Assembly (NCBI GenBank): GCA_964016885.1
Contig: OZ024740.1
Span: 205,096,001-205,160,000 of the forward strand
Source: Eledone cirrhosa
Lineage: Eukaryota
Direction of reading: 5' to 3'
Length of the DNA stretch: 64,000 nucleotides
Part shown: piece after piece, positions 38,635 to 49,941 of the stretch
How the letters are laid out: every line of letters starts with the position of its first letter
Position numbering within the stretch: position 1 is the first letter of the stretch
Program-made: the position numbers and the translations under genes
The notes under the pieces: generated by a model
The model's input: only the letters and a program-made list of their open reading frames with translations
What the model was told of the DNA's origin: nothing
Databases searched by the model: none

Positions 38635-38709
38635 AATGAGATTAAAAACCTTTTTTGTATAGCAAACCTTGTCAATCTTCTTTCCTGATTTATTATATAT
38701 AATATATAT

Positions 38710-38741
<32 letters not shown>

Positions 38742-38897
38742 ATATAATATATATATACATATATATATATATACATATATATAATATATATATATATATA
38801 CATACATATATATAATATATATATATATATATACATATATATAATATATATATATATACATATATATAATATATATATATATATACATATATATAAT

Positions 38898-39812
38898 ATC
38901 ATCATCATCATCATCACTGTTTTACGTCCGTTCTTCCACGCTAGCATGGGTTAGACGGGTTGTCCTGTTGTGGGCAGTGTCTGGTCGGCTGACCATGCCT
39001 TGCTCATACAGGAACTGATCTGGCTTGATTTCTACAGCTGGATGCCCTTCCTAACACCAACCTCATTTACAGTGAGTGCTGGGTGCTTTTTCGTGGCGCC
39101 TACACGTCCACTTTACAGTGTGGGCTGGGTGCTTTTTTGCCGTGGTACCTCCACGACCACCTTGCGGTGGGGGGGGGGGGGGCATATTGTTTATATGCTT
39201 CAGCATGTACCCATGGGAGGTCGGGTACCCTGTATTACTGCGTGACGCCAGAAGTCACGGTCGTGTGTCATTGACTTTGAGAGGTGTAGTTGGGTAAGGT
39301 CGGCTTTTATCACCTCATCCCAAGTCATCTTGGGTCTCCCCACTCCGCGGTTTCCATCAACTTCTAGTGCTCTGCACCTTTTTATGCAGCTGTCATCCTT
39401 CATACGCATCACATGTCCATACCAGCGTAACCGCCTCTCCTGCACGCAGCATTTGATTCCTCTTATGCTCAGTCTCTCTCTCAATTCCTTTATGCTTTGT
39501 CGTTCACGTATATTACTGTTACACATCCATCGGAGCATGCAGGCTTCGTTTCTCTCTAATCTACGTAAGTCTTCCACCTTCAGCGCCCAGGTCTCACTAC
39601 CATGCAACATCGCTGTTCGGATACACGCATCATACAGTCTGCCTTTCATTCTGAGGGAGAAGCCTTTTGCAGCTAGCAGTGGTAGTAGTTCCCTAAACTT
39701 CTTCCATCCCGTTCTTACCCTAGTTATTGTACTTTCTGAGCACCCACCTCCGTTGCTAATTCGGTCACCTAGGTAGCAGAAGCTGTCTACTGTTTCTACA
39801 GGGCCCTCCCTG
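38898..39812 (-). mobile_element. RTE-B 3' fragment
   Basis: Near-identical to 45232-46141. Confidence 0.93.
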
Positions 39813-39879
<67 letters not shown>

Positions 39880-39950
39880 TATATTATATATATATATATA
39901 TATATTATATATATTATATATATATATATATTATATATATTATATATATA

Positions 39951-40005
<55 letters not shown>

Positions 40006-41067
40006 AATATATATATACATATATATTATATATATATATATATATATACATATATATAATATATATATACATATATATAATATATATATATATATAATAT
40101 ATATATATAATATACATATATATTATATATATATATATATAATATATATATACATATATATTATATATATATTATATATAATATATATATACATATATAT
40201 AATATATATATACATATATAATATATATATATATATAATATACATATATATTATATATATATATATAATATATATATACATATATATTATATATATATTT
40301 TATATATATATAATATATATATAAATATATATAATATATATATACATATATATAATATATATATATATATACAATATACATATATATTATATATATATAT
40401 AATATATATATACATATATATAATATATATATATATATAATATACATATATATTATATATATATATATAATATATATATACATATATATTATATATATAT
40501 TATATATATATATATAATATATATATACATATATATAATATATATGTACATATATATAATATATATATATATATATACATATATATAATATATATATACA
40601 TATATATAATATATATATATATATATAATATATATATACATATATATAATATATATATATATATATAATATATATATACATATATATAATATATATATAT
40701 ATATATAATATACATATATATTATATATATATATAATATATATATACATATATATTATATATATATATTATATATATATAATATATATATAAATATATAT
40801 AATATATATATACATATATATAATATATATATATATACAATATACATATATATTATATATATATATAATATATATATACATATATATTATATATATATAT
40901 TATATATATATATTATATATATATATTATATATATATACATATATATTATATATGTATATAATATATATATATACATATATATAATATATATGCATATAT
41001 ATATTATATATACATATATATAATATATATACATATATATAATATATATACATATATATTATATATA
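39813..41067. repeat. Complex (TA)n array
   Basis: Almost pure AT with repeated tacatat and taat interruptions. Confidence 0.9.
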
Positions 41068-41216
41068 TGTGTTCCTTCCCGCACAAGGTGCCTCTATCTT
41101 TACTTCGGCCCTTGATAAACCTGTTTCTACATCATCCACTCTCATCCCAGGAACAGTTTTGATAGCGCTAGTCCGTAATTTAAATTCAGGAATTTTATAT
41201 TCTTTGAATGAAAAGA

Positions 41217-41300
41217 ACCTTCTGACGAGAATCTTTCTTTGCAACGAAGGCCGTATGGTCTCCGTTTTATTTTTGGGATTCGAAACCGATCGGTAAAGGT
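41217..41300 (+). ncRNA. Type I hammerhead ribozyme (HH8 copy 1)
   Basis: acctt CUGACGA gaatct...ggattc GAAA ccgatcgg UA aaggt. Confidence 0.85.
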
Positions 41301-41698
41301 AACTATAGTAGGTAAAGTCAATTTTTTAAAATTTATTTTGAAACTTTTTCATTATTTGCTAAACCTTGTATATATTTGTTCTGGCTCGTTAATTTATTAA
41401 CCTGCCATTGAACCACACTGGCATTTGGTTGGACAATGCATGCGTACCTTAGCGCCTTGTGCGTGAAGGAACACATATCCTATTACTACTATCTCCTCTA
41501 AGTTGAGAACAAATTTGGTCGCTCTGACTGCTGCTAGTGATAACTGTGGCTGGTTTGACCTACCTCCTTCTGCCTCTATCTTTACTTAGGCCCTTGATAA
41601 ACCTGTTTCTACATCATCCACTCTCATCCCAGGAACAGTTTTGATAGCGCTAGTCCGTAATTTAAATTCAGGAATTTTATATTCTTTGAATGAAAAGA

Positions 41699-41782
41699 AC
41701 CTTCTGACGAGAATCTTTCTTTGCAACGAAGGCCATATGGTCTCCGTTTTATTTTTGGGATTCGAAACCGATCGGTAAAGGT
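41699..41782 (+). ncRNA. Type I hammerhead ribozyme (HH8 copy 2)
   Basis: Same as 41217-41300, offset by 482 nt. Confidence 0.85.
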
Positions 41783-41851
41783 AACTATAGTAGGTAAAGT
41801 CAATTTTTTTAAATTTATTTTGAAACTTTTTCATTATTTGCTAAACCTTGT

Positions 41852-41859
41852 TTATATAT

Positions 41860-41891
<32 letters not shown>

Positions 41892-43075
41892 AATATATAT
41901 ATATATTATATATATTATATATATATATTATATATATATTATTATTATATATATATATATTATATATATAATATATATATACATATATATTATATATATA
42001 TAATATATATATACATATATATTATATATATAATATATATATACATATATATATTATATATATAATATATATATACATATATATTATATATATATAATAT
42101 ATATATACATATATATTATATATATAATATATATATACATATATATATTATATATATATACATATATATATTATATATATAATATATATATACATATATA
42201 TATTATATATATACATATATATATTATATATATACATATATATTATATATATAATATATATATACATATATATTATATATATAATATATATATACATATA
42301 TATATTATATATATAATATATATATATACATATATATTATATATATAATATATATATACATATATATTATATATATAATATATATATACATATATATATT
42401 ATATATATAATATATATATATACATATATATTATATATATAATATATATATACATATATATTATATATATAATATATATATACATATATATTATATATAT
42501 TATATAAATATACATATATATTATATATATATACATATATATTATATATATATATTATATATATATATATTATATATATATATACATATATATATATTAT
42601 ATATATTATATATATATATTATATATATTATATATATATATTATATATATTATATATATATATATTATATATATTATATATATTATATATATATATACAT
42701 ATATATATATTATATATATTATATATATATATACATATATATATATTATATATATTATATATATATATACATATATATATATTATATATATATTATATAT
42801 ATTATATTATATATATATATATATTATATATATTATATATATATATATTATATATATATATTATATATTATATATATATTATATATATTATATATATATT
42901 ATATATATTATATTATATATATATATATATTATATATATTATATATATATATATTATATATATATATTATATATTATATATATATTATATATATTATATA
43001 TATATTATATATATATTATATATATATATATATAATATATATATATTATATATATATATATATAATATATATATA

Positions 43076-43122
<47 letters not shown>

Positions 43123-43130
43123 AATATATA
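41852..43130. repeat. Complex (TA)n array
   Basis: ~30-bp higher-order unit taatatatatatacatatatattatatata. Confidence 0.9.
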
Positions 43131-44400
43131 TTTACTCGAGAGAAGGCTACGTTGGTATGGTCACGTGATGCGCATGAAAGACGACAACTGTATAACAAAG
43201 TGCAGGGCAATAAAGATAGACGGTAGCCAAGGAGTAGGCAGACCCAGAAAAACCTGGGACGACTTGATAAATTCCGACCTCACACACTTACACCTCTCCA
43301 AGACAATGTCACTGGACCGAGACCTTTGGCGGTACTCAGTAATAGAGAAGACCCGCCTTACCTAAATACAAAGTAAAACCTACTACAGTCAGTAGGCACC
43401 TCTAACAAAATACACCCCCATCCCACCACCCCCACCGCCCCTTCCACGATCTCATTTGTTTCGGCCTGGATGTTGTGGCACCAACATAACTTTACATTGA
43501 AAGGGGCGGTGTGGATGGGACGGGGGTGGATGGGACGGGGGGGTGTTTTGTTAGAGATGCCTACTGACTGTAGTAGGTTTTTACTTTGTATTTAGGTAAG
43601 GCGGGTCTTCTCTATAACTGAGTACCGCCAAAGGTCTCGGTCCAGTCACATTGTCTTGTAGAGTTATGAATTTATCAGCTCGTCCCAGGTTTTTCTGTGT
43701 CTGTCTACTCCGTGGCTACCGTCTATCTTTATTGCCCTGCACTTTGTTATACAGCTGTCGTCTTTCATGCGCATCACGTGACCATACCAACGTAGCCTTC
43801 TCTCGAGTAAACAACATCTGATCCCTCTTATTTCTAATTTTTTCCTTAGTTCGTTTATGCTTTGCTGTTCACGTATATTACTATTACACATCCAGCGGAG
43901 CATGCAAGCTTCGTTCCTCTCTAGTCTGCGTATATCCTCTGCACACAATGCCCAGGTCTCACTGCCATGCAACATTGCTGTCCGTATGCAGGCATCATAC
44001 AACCTGCCTTTCATTTTTAGGGAGAACCCTTTAGCGGCTAATAGTTGTATAAGCTCTCTGAACTTTTTCCATCCAGTTCTGACTCTAGCTACTGTACTTT
44101 CAGAGCACCCTCCCCCACTGCTGATTTTGTCACCCAGGTAACGGAAGCTGTCCACTATTTCTATAGAACCCTCTGTGCAATTGAAAGAGCTAGTATTTGT
44201 GGGCACTTGCTGCTACTTATTGCACCAGAGCACCGGCCACATGTAAAATCTATGTTCTTAGTTAGCTTACCTGTGATCCCACTACATCTTTTATGCACCC
44301 ATACTTTGCATTTGGGACATAAAATGGAGTTTCTACCTACGCCTTTCCTACACACTGAGCATGGCCATTTCCCGGATGGGACCGGCACCTTATTTTCTTT

Positions 44401-44402
<2 letters not shown>
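43131..44402. mobile_element. Two RTE-A fragments fused tail-to-tail (+ 43131-43445; - 43446-44402)
   Basis: ORFs 43165-43365 (+) and 43664-44206 (-); neither has the terminal (gat)n. Confidence 0.88.
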
Positions 44403-44446
<44 letters not shown>

Positions 44447-44542
44447 ATTATATATATATATATATATAATATATATATATATATATTATATATATATATA
44501 TATAAAATATATATATATATTTTATATATATATATATATATA

Positions 44543-45048
44543 TACAATATTAAATAAATGGAAACTATATTTATTTCATTATATATATTTCAGGGATATC
44601 ATATTAACAATATGCTATGCCTTCCTCAGACAAAATACAATATAAACAGTTTTATAGATAAATAGATTCGACATACCGTAACATCTACTTGCATTTGAGA
44701 AGGTTGATTTGGTAGTGACAAAATTGTACACACTTTCTCTCTCTCTTTCTTTCTCTTTGTGTACAATTTTGTCACTACCAAATCAACCTTCTCAAATGCA
44801 AGTAGATGTTACGGTATGTCGAATCTATTTATCTATAAAACTGTTTATATTGTATTTTGTCTGAGGAAGGCATAGCATATTGTTAATATGATATCCCTGA
44901 AATATATATAATGAAATAAATATGGTTTTATAAATATAGTTTCCATTTATTTAATATTGTAAATATACTCCAAATATTTGTCGAGTGCTTTTATATCAGT
45001 TATAAATATTTACTAGTTGTAACCCAACAATTTAAATATAACTTTCCA
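44543..45048. mobile_element. HH9 fold-back element; hammerheads at 44574-44635 (-) and 44855-44916 (+)
   Basis: Arms ~44543-44732 / ~44757-44962 around a (CT)n loop; ttttgt CUGAGGA agg...cct GAAA tatata UA atgaaa. Confidence 0.78.
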
Positions 45049-45087
45049 TATATATATATATATATATATTTTATATATATATATATA

Positions 45088-45126
<39 letters not shown>

Positions 45127-45231
45127 ATATATATATATATATATATTTTATATATATATATATATTTTATATATATATATATATATTTTATATATATATA
45201 TATATATTTTATATATATATATATATATTTT

Positions 45232-48200
45232 ATCATCATCATCATCACCGTTTTACGTCCGTTCTTCCACGCTAGCATGGGTTAGACGGGTTGTCCTGTT
45301 GTGGGCAGTGTCTGGTCGGCTGACCATGCCTTGCTCATACAGGAACTGATCTGGCTTGATTTCTACAGCTGGATGCCCTTCCTAACACCAACCTCATTTA
45401 CAGTGAGTGCTGGGTGCTTTTTCGTGGCGCCTACACGTCCACTTTACAGTGTGGGCTGGGTGCTTTTTTGCCGTGGCACCTCCACGACCACCTTGCGGTG
45501 GGGGGGGGGGGGGGCATATTGTTTATATGCTTCAGCATGTACCCATGGGAGGTCGGGTACCCTGTATTACTGCGTGACGCCAGAAGTCACGGTCGTGTGT
45601 CATTGACTTTGAGAGGTGTAGTTGGGTAAGGTCGGCTTTTATCACCTCATCCCAAGTCATCTTGGGTCTCCCCACTCCGCGGTTTCCATCAACTTCTAGT
45701 GCTCTGCACCTTTTTATGCAGCTGTCATCCTTCATACGCATCACATGTCCATACCAGCGTAACCGCCTCTCCTGCACGCAGCATTTGATTCCTCTTATGC
45801 TCAGTCTCTCTCTCAATTCATTTATGCTTTGTCGTTCACGTATATTACTGTTACACATCCATCGGAGCATGCAGGCTTCGTTTCTCTCTAATCTACGTAA
45901 GTCTTCCACCTTCAGCGCCCAGGTCTCACTACCATGCAACATCGCTGTTCGGATACACGCATCATACAGTCTGCCTTTCATTCTGAGGGAGAAGCCTTTT
46001 GCAGCTAGCAGTGGTAGTAGTTCCCTAAACTTCTTCCATCCCGTTCTTACCCTAGTTATTGTACTTTCTGAGCACCCACCTCCGTTGCTAATTCGGTCAC
46101 CTAGGTAGCAGAAGCTGTCTACTGTTTCTACAGGGCCCTCCCAGAGATTGGTGGTACTTGTTTCCTGTGGCTGTTTGCTTGCTGTTTCAGCACAGCTGCT
46201 GCATGTGAATCCTACATTCTTAATTAAGCTTCCTGAGATCCCGCTACATCTCTTGTGTACCCATTGTTTGCATTTGGGGCAAAGAATGGAGTTCCTACCT
46301 ACACCTTTCCTACATACTGAGCAAGGCCATTTCCCTGAGGGGATCTGGGTTCTGTTTTCTCGTCTACTTATAAGGACCTTAGTCTTTGTCATGTTGACTT
46401 TGAGGCCCTTTCTCTCTAGTCCCTGCTTCCAGGTTTGGAATTTATTCTCTAGTTCTACCATAGATTCAGCTATGAGTGCGAGGTCATCAGCATACAGGAG
46501 TTCCCATGGGCATCCGGTCTTAAACTCCTCCGTTATTGCCTGCAGGACTATGATGAACAGGAGAGGGCTAAGAACAGAGCCCTGGTGGACCCCAACCTGT
46601 ACGCTAAATTCCTCGCTATACTCATTGCCAATCCTAACTTTGCTGACTGCTCCCCTATACATGGCTTGTACCGCTTTCACAAGCCATTCATCTACTCCTA
46701 GTTTTCTAAGAGCCCACCAGATTACTGCACGTGGAACTCTGTCAAAGGCTTTCTCAAGGTCGACAAATGCCAGGTAGAGTGGCTTACTTTTAGCTAGGTA
46801 CTTTTCCTGTAATTGCCTCACAAGGAAGAGCGCATCAGTGGTGCCTTTCCCTGGAACAAACCCAAATTGCATCTCGTCTATATTCACCCGGTCCCTAATC
46901 AGCTGTGCTATAACTCTTTCTGTTACTTTCATGACCTGGTCCATCAACTTTATACCTCTATAGTTTCCTCTATCTAGTGCATCGCCTTTACCTTTGTAGC
47001 AGTTGACAATGATGCTACTGCACCAATCTTTTGGTATGGCCCCCTCTAGTATTACCTGGTTAACGATACGTGTGGTTATAGTGTGACCTACAGACCCAGA
47101 TGCCTTCAGCATCTCGGCAGCTATACCCGATGGACCGGTTGCCTTCCCTATCTTCATATCTCTGATTGCCTTACTTACTACGCTGCCGCTGACTTGTACT
47201 GCTGGTCCCTCTATAGGGTCTACGTGGGGTAGGGTCTCTTCTTCCCATGCATTCTCCTCATTTAGTAATCTATCATAATGACTCTTCCATGCATCTTTCT
47301 TCTCAGCACTTGTGAGGGCAAGCTCACCTTTATCATTCCGGATACACTTCTCTCCAATGACATCACAACTATCTCTGACACACTGCCTCGCAATCTTGAA
47401 TACCTCCTGTTTCTGGTCCTCACGTTGTAAAACATGCTTGAATTTTCTATCCTCTGCTTCCCTCCTAGCTAAGTATACTTGTCGCCTAGCTTCCCTCTTG
47501 GTCTCTATGTAATGTACCCTGCTCCCCCCGTTCTTCCATTCTTTCCATGCCTGTCTCTTGGCCTTGACTGCTTCATCTACCTTATTGTTCCACCACCAAG
47601 TCACTCTCCTCCTGCTTGAGGTCTTACTCCAGCCACAAACCTCATCCGTCGCCTCTAGTAAGTTATTTTTTAGGAACTCCCAGTTCTCTTCTACGTTAAA
47701 TGTCTCTATCTGTTCTTCTTTACTGTCGTAGGCGTTGAGTAAAATATCTTTAAATCTGTTACTGGTTGAGGGGACTTTCAGCTTCCAGATCTTTCTTCTC
47801 CAGGTTGGCCTCTGTTTCAGGGCTCGTCTAGTTCTGACCGTGAGGTCGCTGACAACTAAGCTATGTTGGGATGTACATTCCTCACTAGGGAAGGCTTTTG
47901 TGTTTACGACCGTCCATCTGTCACGTCCTCTGATGAGAATAAAATCTAACTGACTAGAGTGCTCCCCTGATCTATAGGTGATCAGGTGGTTGTCGGGTTT
48001 TTTAAAGTTTGTGTTACATATCGACATGTCATTGGCGTCGCAGAATTCTAGAAGTCTGAATCCTTCCTCATTCCTTGTGCCAACTCCATGGCCTCCATGT
48101 ACTCTATTGAAGCCGTCGCAGTGTTTACCTACGTGTCCGTTAAAATCTCCTGCAATGATTAGGAAGTCCTTGTCGTCTGTTAGAGCAGTAGTGTGTATTA

Positions 48201-48651
48201 GGGACTCGTAAAACCTATCCTTAAGTTCGTCTGGCAGCCCCGATTGGGGTGCGTAAGCTGATATTATTGTGGTAATTGTCTTATTCAGGACTAGTCTGAG
48301 TTTAATGATTCTTGCATTTACCCTGTACACTGAGATTACTTTATCTACCCACTTGTCAGCTAATAGTATACCTACACCACCCATCCCATCGTCATTTCCC
48401 ACCCAGAAAAATTTGTAGCACTGGCTTTTTCCTACAAGGACTCTAGCAGACCCTCCTCTCCATCTAGTCTCTTGCACACAGCATACATCAACTTCCTTTC
48501 GCTCTAGCATTTCTACGATTTCTCCTGCTCTTCCTTTCATTGAGCCTACATTGATGGTACCAACTCGGAGTTTTGGGCATTTGTCGACACTCGTAGGGGA
48601 GGGTCTCTGGGTTGGCGCTTCACGTGGGTGCTTGGTAGCTCGCAGATTCAT
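45232..48651 (-). mobile_element. RTE-B LINE with uninterrupted ORF, 5' UTR missing
   Basis: (gat)n tail, ~300-bp 3' UTR, single ORF; both ends lie in (TA)n. Confidence 0.96.
45532..48651 (-). CDS. RTE ORF: APE endonuclease + reverse transcriptase + PHD-like finger (1039 aa)
   Basis: GTINVGSM, CVQETRW, SAYAPQ, AGDFNGHVG, SQLDFIL, SQHSLV (APE); FVDLEKAFD, GVHQGSVLSP, YADD, FCYLG (RT). The start ATG may be created by the TA junction. Confidence 0.95.
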   Translation of the reverse strand: MNLRATKHPREAPTQRPSPTSVDKCPKLRVGTINVGSMKGRAGEIVEMLERKEVDVCCVQETRWRGGSARVLVGKSQCYKFFWVGNDDGMGGVGILLADKWVDKVISVYRVNARIIKLRLVLNKTITTIISAYAPQSGLPDELKDRFYESLIHTTALTDDKDFLIIAGDFNGHVGKHCDGFNRVHGGHGVGTRNEEGFRLLEFCDANDMSICNTNFKKPDNHLITYRSGEHSSQLDFILIRGRDRWTVVNTKAFPSEECTSQHSLVVSDLTVRTRRALKQRPTWRRKIWKLKVPSTSNRFKDILLNAYDSKEEQIETFNVEENWEFLKNNLLEATDEVCGWSKTSSRRRVTWWWNNKVDEAVKAKRQAWKEWKNGGSRVHYIETKREARRQVYLARREAEDRKFKHVLQREDQKQEVFKIARQCVRDSCDVIGEKCIRNDKGELALTSAEKKDAWKSHYDRLLNEENAWEEETLPHVDPIEGPAVQVSGSVVSKAIRDMKIGKATGPSGIAAEMLKASGSVGHTITTRIVNQVILEGAIPKDWCSSIIVNCYKGKGDALDRGNYRGIKLMDQVMKVTERVIAQLIRDRVNIDEMQFGFVPGKGTTDALFLVRQLQEKYLAKSKPLYLAFVDLEKAFDRVPRAVIWWALRKLGVDEWLVKAVQAMYRGAVSKVRIGNEYSEEFSVQVGVHQGSVLSPLLFIIVLQAITEEFKTGCPWELLYADDLALIAESMVELENKFQTWKQGLERKGLKVNMTKTKVLISRRENRTQIPSGKWPCSVCRKGVGRNSILCPKCKQWVHKRCSGISGSLIKNVGFTCSSCAETASKQPQETSTTNLWEGPVETVDSFCYLGDRISNGGGCSESTITRVRTGWKKFRELLPLLAAKGFSLRMKGRLYDACIRTAMLHGSETWALKVEDLRRLERNEACMLRWMCNSNIRERQSINELRERLSIRGIKCCVQERRLRWYGHVMRMKDDSCIKRCRALEVDGNRGVGRPKMTWDEVIKADLTQLHLSKSMTHDRDFWRHAVIQGTRPPMGTC

Positions 48652-48673
48652 ATTTATATATATATATATATTT

Positions 48674-48707
<34 letters not shown>

Positions 48708-48774
48708 ATACATATTATATATATATATATTATATATATATATATTATATATATATATATACATATTATATATA

Positions 48775-48812
<38 letters not shown>

Positions 48813-48941
48813 TATACATATATATTATATATATATTATATATATAATATATATATACATATATATTATATATATATATATAATATATATATATACATAT
48901 ATATTATATATATTCTATATATATACATATATATTATAAAC

Positions 48942-49462
48942 ATTTTTCCAGGATTCATAAAAATGGCTTCTCTCTCTCTCGGCCCTCTAAAAACCCCCAC
49001 TCTCTCTATCATATACGTCGCTCTTTCAATCTCCCTCTCAATCCCTATGCACCAAATATAAATAAGCCTGCTACTCGCTAACAAAACTCAGAATTTGTCA
49101 ACTCTTATTAATGGTCAGCCCGCTTCTAAGAAATGTAACATATATATAACATTTTCTTCTCTCCTCTCCACCCTTCCATATATCTATAATCGCCCAGAAT
49201 CAAAATCCTAAATCCTATTCATAATTGTTTTTCTATAATTCTGTCTCCCTGTTCTAAAAATCTTCTCCACGCTTGTTCTAAATAATCTTCTCGCTACCAT
49301 TTTGGCCGAAAATTTTTCCAGGATTCATAAAAATGGCTTCTCTCTCTCTCGGCCCTCTAAAAACCCCCACTCTCTCTATCATATACGTCGCTCTCTCAAT
49401 CTCCCTCTCACTCCTTCTCAATCCCTACGCACCAAATATAAATAAGCCTGCTCTTCGCTAAC
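48942..49462 (+). promoter_or_regulatory. 370-bp tandem monomers upstream of RTE-A (candidate internal promoter)
   Basis: atttttccaggattcataaaaatggc at 48942 and 49312, running into the RTE-A leader; promoter role is inference only. Confidence 0.45.
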
Positions 49463-49941
49463 TACTCCATACCCCTCCCTCCAGCCCCCACTCTCCACCT
49501 TTATTATTTGAACCAATCACAAGTCAATGGCCTATGCTATCACTTCTGGTTGCTTTTCGATATGATGGATGGACTAAGGAATTTCTGGAGAGTCTGAAGA
49601 ATCTGGACACTCGAAGACAAATGCCAAAGATAACGACAAATTCACCTCATGCTGCCGGACGAAAGGGCAAGGCCCCCTCCTCTTTGTTGCGGCCGCGGAT
49701 GGCCAACATAACCCCAACCCCATCCACCTCACCCCTCCCTGCGCCCCACCCACCAAACGCAATCCAAAACTTCAGAGTTGGTACCATAAATGTAGGCACC
49801 TTAAAAGGCCGCGCTAACGAGGTTGTAGAAATGCTTGAACGTAAGGAGGTTGATGTCTGCTGTATCCAAGAGACCAGGTGGAGGGGGGGGGGGGTCTGCT
49901 TGATTCATTGTGGGTAAAAAAGATGCTATAAGCTTTTCTGG

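Larger units (their letters stand above)
35610..38695 (+). mobile_element. Penelope-like element (Naiad-type), 5'-truncated, with inverted pseudo-LTR
   Basis: RT + GIY-YIG ORF; ~35780-36010 is the reverse complement of ~38455-38694; flanked by (TA)n. Confidence 0.9.
41068..41851 (+). mobile_element. Retrozyme-like tandem element HH8 (482-nt unit, ~1.6 copies) with short 5' inverted tag
   Basis: Direct repeat at ~41090 / ~41572; 41068-41091 is the near reverse complement of ~41453-41476. Confidence 0.85.

Noticed and set aside
49883-49921. Possible programmed frameshift or two-ORF structure in RTE-A
   Set aside because: The sibling copy at ~54381-54420 reads through; the break is homopolymer indels (mutation or sequencing error)
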